From the NCBI GenBank assembly GCA_963770935.1, contig CAVYRJ010000008.1, positions 1-64,000 on the forward strand: DNA of 64,000 nt. The letters run 5' to 3'. Below, one piece after another: positions 33,561-43,887 of this stretch. The notes under the pieces were generated by a model that was not told the DNA's origin, did not search any database, and saw nothing but the letters and a program-made list of their open reading frames with translations. The stretch comes from Candidatus Bathyarchaeota archaeon (GTDB lineage Archaea; Thermoproteota; Bathyarchaeia; Bathyarchaeales; Bathycorpusculaceae). A program made the position numbers and the translations under genes. Position 1 is the first letter of the stretch, and the number at the start of each line of letters is the position of its first letter.

Positions 33561-35738
33561 TTAGGAAAATTTCTTTTTATTTTCCATTTGTTTTTTAAGC
33601 TCTTGAAGATTCTTTATGTTCGGCGAATTTCTACGCTTTAACAAGAGCACGGATACAATTGCTGCTGCAACGACTACGACAATTATCACCACTACAACAA
33701 CTATAGGGTTGTTGGCATCTTGATTGCTATCAGTTTTAGCTGTTAAAGGAATGGTAAGTGTCAATGGTTGGCCATTATAATCCAAGATTTGATTTGTCTC
33801 TGGGTATCCTTGACTTATTATCTTAAAGGTATAACTTCCGGCTGAAGCGTTTTGGAATGAAACATAGCCTGTTTCGTTTGATATTTGGAGTAATGTCAGG
33901 GTTCCAGTTGGTTGGACAATCGAAGTAACAAGTGTGTTGTTTAGTGGGTTTCCTTGTTCATCTGTTATTTTGAAAGTTAGTGTTGCTGGAGTTGCGGTTA
34001 GTGTTTGTGTTGGGGTAGAGGTGGGGGTTGGGGTTGCAGTTGGAGTGGGTGTTGGGATTGCTGTCTGGTCTGGATCTGGTGCGACAGCTATCTGAGTTGT
34101 TCCTTGTGCACTTAAATAGCCAGGTTTTGAGCCGCTTGCCGTAATGGTGCAGCTGGTTGCTGTAGAAAAACTTGGGGCGGTAAAGCTTACGTTGTAGTTG
34201 CCATTTCCTTGTTCTGCTATTATTCCGAATGATCCACCCTTATTCGATGCAAAACTTATTGTCGCCCCCGTTACTGGGACTGAGTTAGCAGTTATGTACG
34301 CCATTATTGACGTTGTATAAGCGTTGGTTACGCTGTTTGGGTTCGATGTTAGCGTTATTTGCAGAGGTGAATAATCAATAAGGTTTGTTACTATCGAGGT
34401 TAGTCCTGTAGTGTAGCCTGAAGCTTGGGCAGTAATTGCTGTTTCTCCTGGAGAATTTGTTACAGTCAAGTTTCCAGTGGCTTGTGTTTTCCCAAAAGGA
34501 ATTGTTATAGTTGAGCTGACAACACCGATTGTTGGTTGTGAAGAAAAGAGATTTATGTTGACGTCAGCTTGAGGGTCTTTTGCTGGACGACCTTGAGTAT
34601 CTTGTAATTGAACTTGTATTGTTTGGTATGTCCCGTTGTCTGATGGTAGATTCATCGGGACGCAGTATATTCCAATTTTTGAGGGAATAAAGCCAAATGT
34701 GCTTATGGATTTGTGGTCCCACAGAAGGTCGGTGGCGACGGCAGTTAATGTTGCAGAGCCTGCTTTGTAAGTCGTGTTTAGAGTGGCTAAAGCATAGGGC
34801 TGCAGCTGTGGAATAATTATTTGGTCTGTTCTACAGATGGTTTGATCGCTTGACGCCAAGGTAACAATTTTATCTGTTGGATTTACAGCAACAAAACCCG
34901 TTGCATTTTGCAGTTCCACTGCAATTTGGGTGTATGAGTATTGGTCAGCTGGAACCTTTGTTGGACCTACAAATATTTTAAGTTGAGATGGGTTCGTCGC
35001 AACTGGAGTGGTTGTAATGATCAATTGGCTGGGGGTATATCCCTGCGTTACTGCAGTGATTGCTGCTAATTCAAAAGTAGCTTCTGTTTGTGCCTTTGTT
35101 GTTGTGGTGAAATTAGCCACCGCGTATGTTTGACCTTCAGGTATAGTTGTGGTTGAGGGAACTGTGCCAACACTGGTGTCTGAGCATGAAAGGGTAACTT
35201 GAATTCCGCCTTGAGGCGCTCTTGCAGGGTTACCGCTTGAATCCTGAAGTTGCAACATTATAGCTGCATAAGTATTCCCATCTGATGGTAGAGTAGAAGG
35301 AAATCCGTAGGCTGTTATAGCCGAGGGGATTGGACCGACAGTAGTCACAATTGCCTGTTCAGTAGCAAAGCCTGAGGCTGTGGCAGAAATTGATGTCGTT
35401 CCGGGGCTAAATGTTGTGTTAAAGTTTGCTGAAGCAAACGTGGTTCCTTTGAAAATTATGATAGATGAGTCCACAGTTCCTATGTTTATGAGGGATGATG
35501 AGAGGCTAATAGTAGTGTCTTGTAATGCTCTGGCTGGTTGCCCAGATGAATCTAGCAATTGCACGAAAATACAGTTATAAGTGTCATTATCTGCAAGTAC
35601 GCTTGTTGGGCCTGTACAAATGTTGAGTTTAAACGGGTCACTTGTAGCTGTACAGGAACTATTATTTTGATTAAATAAGACTAATGTCGATGTCACAACT
35701 AAAATTGCTATAGCAAAGATCACTGTTTTTTTGAACAT
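33561..35738 (-). CDS. Cell-surface protein with tandem Ig/invasin-like repeats, Pro-Thr linker and C-terminal TM anchor
   Basis: Signal peptide; four repeats of 'P..LP.D..TY..I.VQLQD..G.PA'; PTPTPT; TM followed by a basic tail. Confidence 0.85.
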   Translation of the reverse strand: MFKKTVIFAIAILVVTSTLVLFNQNNSSCTATSDPFKLNICTGPTSVLADNDTYNCIFVQLLDSSGQPARALQDTTISLSSSLINIGTVDSSIIIFKGTTFASANFNTTFSPGTTSISATASGFATEQAIVTTVGPIPSAITAYGFPSTLPSDGNTYAAIMLQLQDSSGNPARAPQGGIQVTLSCSDTSVGTVPSTTTIPEGQTYAVANFTTTTKAQTEATFELAAITAVTQGYTPSQLIITTTPVATNPSQLKIFVGPTKVPADQYSYTQIAVELQNATGFVAVNPTDKIVTLASSDQTICRTDQIIIPQLQPYALATLNTTYKAGSATLTAVATDLLWDHKSISTFGFIPSKIGIYCVPMNLPSDNGTYQTIQVQLQDTQGRPAKDPQADVNINLFSSQPTIGVVSSTITIPFGKTQATGNLTVTNSPGETAITAQASGYTTGLTSIVTNLIDYSPLQITLTSNPNSVTNAYTTSIMAYITANSVPVTGATISFASNKGGSFGIIAEQGNGNYNVSFTAPSFSTATSCTITASGSKPGYLSAQGTTQIAVAPDPDQTAIPTPTPTATPTPTSTPTQTLTATPATLTFKITDEQGNPLNNTLVTSIVQPTGTLTLLQISNETGYVSFQNASAGSYTFKIISQGYPETNQILDYNGQPLTLTIPLTAKTDSNQDANNPIVVVVVIIVVVVAAAIVSVLLLKRRNSPNIKNLQELKKQMENKKKFS

Positions 35739-35767
35739 TTTTTTTCCTCAGAGTCTTTTCATTATTG

Positions 35768-36115
35768 CTAATTTGATTTTTTTGCTGTAATGCGCGTTGG
35801 ATTTTTTTCTTGGTTTTTGTAAATCTTACAAAGTGCACATGTAACATTAGAAAGCTCTAAATGGCAATGAAGAATTGCTGACTCTTTGCAATGTGTAACG
35901 CGACAATTTGTGGCAATTGGAATTTTCCCCTTAGAATCATTCACAAGAACAAAATAGCTACATTGACCATTTCTGGGATATTCACATTGGGCTTTTTTTA
36001 GTTCTCCAAAAAAAGTAATCGACGCTAATATTTCCAACAGTGTTAAGACTTCTTCATTTCTTTGTCGCTCAATTTTGTCAATGCGTTTATTCAATTCTTC
36101 GATTTCTACAATCAT
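35768..36115 (-). CDS. Cys-rich hypothetical protein with N-terminal coiled coil
   Basis: Seven Cys including a C-terminal CALC. Confidence 0.6.
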   Translation of the reverse strand: MIVEIEELNKRIDKIERQRNEEVLTLLEILASITFFGELKKAQCEYPRNGQCSYFVLVNDSKGKIPIATNCRVTHCKESAILHCHLELSNVTCALCKIYKNQEKNPTRITAKKSN

Positions 36116-36294
36116 TCAGAGCATAGCATCCGTGATTTACTTGAGGGAGTCTGCTTATATACTGAGTTAGGAAGTCAATTGTCACAATTAAAAATCAAGA
36201 AGCTCACTTGCAGGTATTGCTGTATTCACGATGTTTTTTATATAGGAACTTTGCTGCTCGTTTAAAAAATAAGAAATATTGACTTATAGATATT

Positions 36295-37089
36295 TTATAC
36301 GCAAAGTATCATTGGAGTTGATTTTGGACTTTCTTTAGCTGTAATTAATCTTCTAATTCTTACTTCGTTAGCATAAACCGTTCTCTCTGAAATACCAAAT
36401 ATTTTGCTGATATCTTCCTTAGAAATCTTCGTTTTCTTCTTACAGGCAAAATAAAGGACGCCCGCTGCAACCCCTATCGGATTTCCTCCTGATCCCTTAA
36501 TGTACAATAAGGTTTTTTCTGCATCGGAGAATATTTCTCTGCTTAGTGATATTCTTCCGCCTTTTTCACGCAAATAGTCTATGGATGTTTTGCGTTGAAT
36601 TTTTACTTGATTTTCTCCTTGGTTTAATGTCTTGTTTAATATCCAAGCTTGCTTCAAAACCAATTTACTATCAAGGCTTAGCTCTTTTGATATTTCTTTT
36701 ATCGATCTTACCTTGTCATATTCCTTGAGAACTATGTGCATTAATGCCGCCACAGTGGCCCTTTTGTTTTTTGACAGTTTCTGTGATTTGGCCAAACAAT
36801 AATTTTGTTTTCTTATTGTTCGTGCAGCTTCTTCTCTGTAGGGAAAATTTGGTATGTTTAGCTGGCAAGAAACTGCTCTTAGGATAGTTAACCATTCTTT
36901 GAGTGTTTCAGAGTCTTGTTCATTCCAGTTTGAAAACCATTCAGGCGCCCATTGTGTGAAGGTGTTGAGCGAAGGTGTACTCTCTATAACTAGTCCACAT
37001 TTGCCGCATATTTTTTCCCCCTGTAAGCCTTCGGGATAAACGATTGCGCCTTCGCATTTGCTACACTTCACACTAATTTTTCTCCTCAA
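36295..37089 (-). CDS. Divergent transcription factor B (TFB/TFIIB) paralog
   Basis: Zn ribbon CSKC...ICGKCGLVI, two cyclin folds (P.GVAAG.LY.AC), C-terminal HTH ISKEDISKIFGISERTV. Confidence 0.8.
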   Translation of the reverse strand: MRRKISVKCSKCEGAIVYPEGLQGEKICGKCGLVIESTPSLNTFTQWAPEWFSNWNEQDSETLKEWLTILRAVSCQLNIPNFPYREEAARTIRKQNYCLAKSQKLSKNKRATVAALMHIVLKEYDKVRSIKEISKELSLDSKLVLKQAWILNKTLNQGENQVKIQRKTSIDYLREKGGRISLSREIFSDAEKTLLYIKGSGGNPIGVAAGVLYFACKKKTKISKEDISKIFGISERTVYANEVRIRRLITAKESPKSTPMILCV

Positions 37090-37509
37090 TTGTCGACCTG
37101 AGTTAAGATTGATGATTTTAGCGATTGTTACAGTGTGATTATTTGCTTAATAACACTTGAGAACTGAGAATTCATGATTTTTAGAGATTTTTTATGTTTT
37201 GTTTAGCAAAAATAATAAAAAATAGTAAAATATTATTACCTGAAATATATTTTTGAAAATATTGGGTATGCATAAATTTGCGGAAGAAATGAGCCGAAGT
37301 TTCTACCTTTTTTGTTAAATGGAGCTTTTATTGCTCTACTCCATCAATGTTAAAACGCATCAACCTTTAGAAATATTTTCTTCAATAAAGGCTTACTTTG
37401 TAAAATAGAACATAGATTTAGACTATTTATCGGTAGTTAACAGTGTTTATTAGCTAACTTCTGAAATAAAATGTCAAATGGAAAATTTCGAAGGAGGTGG
37501 AAAGAAAAA

Positions 37510-37945
37510 ATGAATTACATACGCTTATTAAGAAACAGAAAAGCAATCTCGCCAATTTTCGCAACTTTAATCCTCATTGCAATTGCAGTTATTGCTGGAG
37601 TAGTCGTTTACATGTTCACTAGTGGAACATTAGCAACTATGACCGGAGGTGGACCAGTAGCACAAGAACGAGCTGCAGTGCAAGCTGCATCACGCACTGC
37701 AACAGGCGCTAGTCGTTTACGCCCAATACATGTCTGGAGGAAATGCTATCAGCATAAATGGCGCGATTTTCAATGATGCAACCGGTACAACTGTACCAGG
37801 AGTTCTTACAACTACAGCATTACCAACTACTGGAGCATTAACACCCATTACTATCACAGGAACATTAGTAGCAGGACACTCATATACGATTACGTTGACA
37901 AGTACAAAAGGTGGTAGTTTCGTGTCACCTAGTTTCGTCGCTTAA
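37510..37945 (+). CDS. Archaeal type IV pilin (probable major pilin); frameshift near 37710
   Basis: Class III signal RKA|ISPIFATLILIAIAVIAG; C-terminal YTITLTSTKG. Confidence 0.85.
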
Positions 37946-38532
37946 ATTTTGAGCGATTTTTCCTCTAATTATTTTTCATTTTCATTATTTAATATCTGGA
38001 AGAACATTCATTGTTCTTAAATTATTCATATTCTCTGGAATAATTAATTTTAGGCATGTCGACTTTAGATGTGTTAATGCATTTCCACTTTTCCTGTGAG
38101 CATTTTTGATTCTGCATGGTAATAAACAATGAATTATTGAAAATCTACCGTAAAATATAGTTAAAGCCGCGATTTCTTAGCTGCAAGAATTAACTCATCT
38201 AAATTAGGACAATGCTAATTTCAATTATGACATTAAAAGTAAACGAAAATAACTAACAACATTTATGTAAGAAAGAACCAAAGCAAGAAACACCATTTCC
38301 TAAAAGATAAGAAATAGTAACAGATTACCATTCAACAGGTTTGCAGTGATAGCTTGAGGTATCTTACGTTAAACGACAAGATTGATTATTGAATTCAAAA
38401 TACCTAGTTTATAAATAAACAACGCGAAGGGAATACTTGAATGTTGGAAAGATAAAAATGAATGTTAGTGCCAAAGATTCTCCCTTAAACAATAAAGCGA
38501 TAGCTGCTAAGCTAAACGGTTGGATACGGTAA

Positions 38533-39066
38533 ATGGGAAAACCTGGTATTTGGTCACGTGATAAGCGCGCACTTAGTCCAATATTTGCCACTGTATTGTT
38601 ATCATCAATCATTATTGTTTTTGGTTCAACCGCTTACTACTATGCAAGTAACATTACTACGACTACTACAAACGATTATGTTAGCAGTTTATCCAATAGT
38701 CAGCAATCCATAGCTGAGCGCATAAGCTTTGAAAATGTTATTTATACACAATCTTTTCCTGCAACACTAAAGATTTACATTCTTAATTCTGGAAGCGCGA
38801 ATAACTTGAAAATCAACGTAGTATTCATTTATGATTCAAGTCAGAACATTGTAGGAGCATATTCGGGCAGTGCGATTTCTGCATTGAATCCTATCGATGG
38901 AAATATTCCCACACCAACACCAATTACAGGAAACGCTCTAAACGTCGGAAAGGAAGCATACTTTACTGTTACGTTGGCTGGTCCCTCTCTCATCTCTGGT
39001 TCAATTTACACTATTCATTTAATAACTCAAAGCGGAAGCTATTTTGACCATGAATTTACGCCATAA
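38533..39066 (+). CDS. Archaeal type IV pilin
   Basis: KRA|LSPIFATVLL; ERISFE; YTIHLITQSG. Confidence 0.85.
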   Translation: MGKPGIWSRDKRALSPIFATVLLSSIIIVFGSTAYYYASNITTTTTNDYVSSLSNSQQSIAERISFENVIYTQSFPATLKIYILNSGSANNLKINVVFIYDSSQNIVGAYSGSAISALNPIDGNIPTPTPITGNALNVGKEAYFTVTLAGPSLISGSIYTIHLITQSGSYFDHEFTP

Positions 39067-40150
39067 TTTTCGAAGAAACAGGAAGGGCATCGCCACAGTC
39101 TTCGGAATGGTTTTTTTCCTACTTATAACTATGGTTGTTTTTGCGAGTTTTATGACGATTCTCAATCAAAACACGGGTCTCGAACGTACTGTAATGCAGA
39201 CTAGGCAAATGGACAATGACAAAGCAAATGAAAAGTTGACAATCAGCGACCAAGGCAACATCATCAACACTAATAGTGTAACCGTTAAATGTAACCTCAC
39301 TAACACTGGAAATCTACCAGTTCAAGTTATCCGTCTATGGGTTCAAGACCTATCAAATAATAACACAGGATCTCTGCAAGTTTCAAGCACGGATGGTGTA
39401 CTCCAGCAAGGTCGAACAAGATTTTATAGTGGAACGGTTAATGTTCAAATAGCTGACCCTGCCAGAGACCAAATCAGATTTTGGTTCGTAACAGCAAGAG
39501 GCAACCACTTTACGCTCGGAGATACCGGCTCTAATATTCCTATAATTGAATCGGGCACGGGGGGTGAATTTTACGTCGGACCGTTTGTTTTGAGATTTAG
39601 TAATGAATCATTTCAGTTCACAGCCGATAATTATCCGCCTTCACCTAGCAATCCTGCAGGGAGTATACCTGACGTCTCTGTTCCTCAACCTGCATTCCAG
39701 TTAGATAATGATAATCAGCGTATCTGTTTTGATATAGAAATCGAGAATGCCGCGGAACAGAATATTGAAATTAGTCGGCAGTCATTTTTTTTAGTGGAAG
39801 TCAGGGAGCTATTGGGTGATGGCGATCCAGGAACAACGGAGTACGAACGCTACTTCCATATCGTTGGTCCTTCAAGCACCTACTCGAGTTTGTCGCGATA
39901 CAACCCGGATTATATGCAGGTCCTTCCCGCTGGAGAGATTACCACTCTGAAGTTTGGATCTGAAACCGTGGGCGGCAACTCATTTTTGAACCCTGAGAAC
40001 GAGTATCAACCTCTCCAAGGTGATGGCGATAATGGTGACAACTCTGAGAACCTCTGCTGGGCATTCCTCGTCTTATTCTGGAGATATCAAGGCTCGCAAT
40101 TTACATTCGGACAGACAATTACCTACGTTGCTATTCAAACATTGCCTTAG
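39050..40150 (+). CDS. Large minor pilin/adhesin
   Basis: RKG|IATVFGMVFFLLI; N.G..PVQVIRLWV; VTARGN. Confidence 0.8.
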   Translation: MNLRHNFRRNRKGIATVFGMVFFLLITMVVFASFMTILNQNTGLERTVMQTRQMDNDKANEKLTISDQGNIINTNSVTVKCNLTNTGNLPVQVIRLWVQDLSNNNTGSLQVSSTDGVLQQGRTRFYSGTVNVQIADPARDQIRFWFVTARGNHFTLGDTGSNIPIIESGTGGEFYVGPFVLRFSNESFQFTADNYPPSPSNPAGSIPDVSVPQPAFQLDNDNQRICFDIEIENAAEQNIEISRQSFFLVEVRELLGDGDPGTTEYERYFHIVGPSSTYSSLSRYNPDYMQVLPAGEITTLKFGSETVGGNSFLNPENEYQPLQGDGDNGDNSENLCWAFLVLFWRYQGSQFTFGQTITYVAIQTLP

Positions 40151-40452
40151 AATATAGAGTTGACTATCCGCTTGAGAAATCGGGTAAGGTTACGAAACTT
40201 CAAGAGACAACAGAAAGTTGAATCAATAATAAAAACCAGTAACTGATGCACTTTCCTCTTGCAGGGGTGCTGGACAAACATGGTTGGATATAGTAGGTTT
40301 TTGTATAAAATATTACAAACAATCAGTCACATTTGGGCATCATTCGACTATAAGAGACGGCAATTTGAACAGCGGTCAGTAATCTTCCCAGAAAACGACA
40401 TCAGATCAAAACTGTACCTGCTGATCATAAGGAATAAAGTTGCATGGTTTAT

Positions 40453-42108
40453 ATGGATTCCTTAGAAATTAATCGTGTGGTCGCCAGCTTGAAGATTTGG
40501 AAACGCCAAAAAAAAACCAGGACTTCGCAGTCACTAATAGAAAATTCTTTAGTTATAGACGAGACTATACCTGGTCCGGCTGTGGAATCTCACATAGATA
40601 TTGCTAAAGGATCAGAAGTTCCAGAAACATTCAAAGAGCATTATCCTCTGTTGCTACCTTTTTCATATGCAGCAATTGTTGAAGACGAAAAAAATGATAT
40701 AAAATATTCTCTTCTTGAGCCAACTTTAACACAGTTAGACGCTAAGTTGTTAGGTGAGCTAAAAAATATCCTCTGGGACGAGCTTTCAATTAATACAAAA
40801 AGTTTTAAAAATGGTGAAGAAGCACAAGAATTTCTGAAATATAAAATTTTGGATACAGCAATAAAATATCGCGTAAATATTGATGCCAATACTCTGGGTA
40901 AATACCAGTATTATATCGCCCGAGACTTCTTAGGCTTCGGAAAAATAGATGGAATAATGCGAGACGAAAACATTGAAGACGTTTCATGCGATGGTACTAA
41001 TTCGCCAGTGTTTGTTTGGCATCGCAAATATGAATCAATACCCTCAAACGTAAAATTTGAAACTCACGAAGAACTGGAAAACTTTGTTTTTAAACTTGCA
41101 TATCTCTGCGGACGACATATTTCCATTGCGCAACCAATTCTTGACGGAACATTGAATGATGGTAGCCGAGCGCAAGTGACATATGGAACAGAGGTAACAC
41201 CTAAAGGCAGTACCTTCACCATCAGAAAATTCAAGAAAACCCCGCTCACAATCACTGATTTAATTATATATAAGGCTCTATCACCTGAAATTGCAGCTTA
41301 CTATTGGTTCTTAATAGAAAATCGGCATTCAGTTATGATCGGAGGCGACATTGGTGGAGGAAAAACTTCAATGCTTAACGCAATCAGCCTATTCATTAGA
41401 CCAACTTTAAAAATAGTGAGCATTGAGGATACACAAGAAATTCGTTTACCTCACCAAAACTGGGAAATGATGGTGACAAGGCAAGGCTTAGGCACAGGTG
41501 CAGGTGCCGTTGGAGAAGCTGGAATCGGCAGTATCAGTATGTTTGATCTTCTAAGAGCAGCACTGAGACAAAGACCAGACTTTATTATAGTGGGTGAAAT
41601 CAGAGGTGAAGAAGCCTACGCACTGTTCCAGGCTATGTCAACTGGCCACTTGGGACTTACAACTATACATGCGGAACACGTGCAAGGTGTCCTGCACAGA
41701 CTAACAACAAAACCCATGAACATTCCCCAGACACAAGTAGAAAATTTAAATGCCATCTCAATAGTCCGACGGCTTGTAGTAAACAACGTATCCTTGAGAC
41801 GGACGATTAGCGTTTCGGAAATGGTCGGTTGGGATAAAGAGAAAACCGATTTTAAAGTTCAAGAGATATTCACGTGGAATACGGAAAAAGATACCTATGT
41901 AAAAGTAGCTAGAAGCCCGCTGCTAGATAGGATTGCAGCTCAATGGGGGTACTCTATTGAAGAGATTGACCAAGAACTCGAAATGAGACAAACAATCCTT
42001 GAATACATGGTTAAGAAGCACTTGCGCTCATACGAGCAAGTCTCAAAACTAGTCCTAGACTACTTCTCTGACCCACAACAGATCTATAGAAAAGCAAAAG
42101 TGAGTTAA
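40453..42108 (+). CDS. Type IV pilus assembly ATPase (VirB11/ArlI-like)
   Basis: D.NIEDVSCDG, STFTIRKF, Walker A GDIGGGKT, SIEDT.E, LRQRPDFIIVGEIRG.EA, TGH...TTIHA. Confidence 0.95.
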   Translation: MDSLEINRVVASLKIWKRQKKTRTSQSLIENSLVIDETIPGPAVESHIDIAKGSEVPETFKEHYPLLLPFSYAAIVEDEKNDIKYSLLEPTLTQLDAKLLGELKNILWDELSINTKSFKNGEEAQEFLKYKILDTAIKYRVNIDANTLGKYQYYIARDFLGFGKIDGIMRDENIEDVSCDGTNSPVFVWHRKYESIPSNVKFETHEELENFVFKLAYLCGRHISIAQPILDGTLNDGSRAQVTYGTEVTPKGSTFTIRKFKKTPLTITDLIIYKALSPEIAAYYWFLIENRHSVMIGGDIGGGKTSMLNAISLFIRPTLKIVSIEDTQEIRLPHQNWEMMVTRQGLGTGAGAVGEAGIGSISMFDLLRAALRQRPDFIIVGEIRGEEAYALFQAMSTGHLGLTTIHAEHVQGVLHRLTTKPMNIPQTQVENLNAISIVRRLVVNNVSLRRTISVSEMVGWDKEKTDFKVQEIFTWNTEKDTYVKVARSPLLDRIAAQWGYSIEEIDQELEMRQTILEYMVKKHLRSYEQVSKLVLDYFSDPQQIYRKAKVS

Positions 42109-42112
42109 AAAA

Positions 42113-42994
42113 ATGAAATTTCAACCCTGGGCTATTGCGTATGAACTACTGAACAAAAAGTTGGAAAAAGTTTATCCTCATTTCCAAGAAATCCATGTAC
42201 AATTGAAGAAAGGTGGTGTACTGATTGCATTCAAGCCGTACATTGCCTTCATGGTATTAGCTTCAATGATTGCTTTTGTAGTTTCAATCCCCGTCTCTTT
42301 TATTGTCTTCCCATTTCTAATCGGGATTCAGATCCTTTCAGTAATGAATTTCTCATTCACTTTAGTAATTGCCGTATCAGTTGCACTAATCACCTTAATG
42401 GTTATGTATCTTTATCCAAGCCTAAAAGCAGGAAATAGAAAAGGTCCAATAGACAAGAATTTGCCCTATATCACAAATTTTCTAACCCTTCTCTCAAGTT
42501 CAAACGTTCCGCCAAGCGTTATTTTTGAGTCAATGGCTAAAATTGATACATTAAAAGAAGTTCGCTTAGAATTTAGTAATATAATGAGAGACATAGAAGT
42601 CTTTGGTAATGACCTTATGAGCTCAATTCTTGATAACGCAAAACTTACTCCTAACGATCAACTTGGTGAAATCCTGCAAGGATACGTAGCCACTGTTAGA
42701 ACAGGAGGAAATCCCACCGAGTACCTAAAAATTACTACAGAAAAAGTGACGAAAGACCGAGTAGGCAAACTGGACTTGATGCTGGAATCGCTTGCAGCAA
42801 TGGCAGAAATCTACATAATGATGCTCGTGGCAGCTCCGTTGCTGTTCGTGGTGCTTTTTGTCACTTTGGGCATGATAGGGAGTGGCACAATTGCAGGCTT
42901 TAGCATGTCACTAATCCTTTATCTGTTGACCTACCTTGGAATCCCAATAATGGGCGCAGTAATGATGGTTATAATTTCAACATTCGAAAAGTGA
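42113..42994 (+). CDS. Type IV pilus membrane platform protein (TadC/T2SSF-like)
   Basis: IDKNLPY, G.DL...I....TP, GGNP; follows the ATPase. Confidence 0.9.
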   Translation: MKFQPWAIAYELLNKKLEKVYPHFQEIHVQLKKGGVLIAFKPYIAFMVLASMIAFVVSIPVSFIVFPFLIGIQILSVMNFSFTLVIAVSVALITLMVMYLYPSLKAGNRKGPIDKNLPYITNFLTLLSSSNVPPSVIFESMAKIDTLKEVRLEFSNIMRDIEVFGNDLMSSILDNAKLTPNDQLGEILQGYVATVRTGGNPTEYLKITTEKVTKDRVGKLDLMLESLAAMAEIYIMMLVAAPLLFVVLFVTLGMIGSGTIAGFSMSLILYLLTYLGIPIMGAVMMVIISTFEK

Positions 42995-43001
42995 GATCTA
43001 A

Positions 43002-43826
43002 ATGAAAATAACCAAAAAAACGATAAAGCACATTACAATCATTTCAGGCATAGTTGGCATAATCTTCTTCATTATTGCAGCAATGTTCTATCTTACATCC
43101 CCTACCTTAGACTACATGGTTATAATCGCTCTCGCAATCGGTGTTGCACCACCAGGTATCGCAAATATTTTTCACAGTAGATGGCGAATGAAAATCGAAA
43201 AGGCAACCCCTGAATTTTTGAGAGACTTAGCAACTGCATCGAGAACCGGTATACCATTACATGTGGCTTTGGAACATGCCTCCAACCGAATGTACGGTCC
43301 ACTTACTCATGAACTAAAAGTGTTAGTTGCACACATGAGTTGGGGCATGAACTTTAACGAGGCACTAGATGAACTTGCGGAAAGAATAGACTTGCCTCTA
43401 ATCAGAAAAGCAACAGTCTTGATAAATGAAGCAGGAAAACACGGTGGAGAATTATCAAATATCTTTGATTTAACTGCTAAATACCTTGAAAACATAAATG
43501 ACTGGACTCAAAAAAGAAGACAACAGACACTCCCATACGTCGCAATTTTCTACTTCTCTGTTTTTATGTTCCTATTCATCATTATAGTAATTTCAAACAT
43601 GATGTTTACACCATTGAGTCAAACTACAGATGGAGTATCATTCATCAAACCGATCCTATCTCAAGGTGAATCAAGACGATTATTCTTACATGCATCATTA
43701 ATAGAAGCAATTTTCGGTGGACTTATTGCAGGAAAAATTAATGAGGAAAGCTTCATCGATGGTTTGAAACACGTCACGTTTCTAGCTGTTGCTTCAGGCA
43801 TAGCGTTCTATTTGTTCCTGCATTAA
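43002..43826 (+). CDS. Second TadC/T2SSF-like membrane platform protein
   Basis: PEFLRDLA...RTG.P, YGPLT.E, GLIAGKI.E.S...GLKH. Confidence 0.9.
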   Translation: MKITKKTIKHITIISGIVGIIFFIIAAMFYLTSPTLDYMVIIALAIGVAPPGIANIFHSRWRMKIEKATPEFLRDLATASRTGIPLHVALEHASNRMYGPLTHELKVLVAHMSWGMNFNEALDELAERIDLPLIRKATVLINEAGKHGGELSNIFDLTAKYLENINDWTQKRRQQTLPYVAIFYFSVFMFLFIIIVISNMMFTPLSQTTDGVSFIKPILSQGESRRLFLHASLIEAIFGGLIAGKINEESFIDGLKHVTFLAVASGIAFYLFLH

Positions 43827-43887
43827 ACCAAATAATATAAGGATGTCAAGATAATAACTGATGGAAATAAAAAGTTAGGTCGATGAA

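Noticed and set aside
33990-34070. Short tandem-like repeats here and at 53905-53985 and 53110-53265
   Set aside because: They encode Pro/Thr linkers and the Gly-rich SSB tail; they are not independent repeat elements.
37510-43826. Archaellum operon
   Set aside because: No archaellin-type subunits, arlH, arlF/G or chemotaxis genes; two TadC genes and ISPI/LSPI pilins fit an adhesive type IV pilus.
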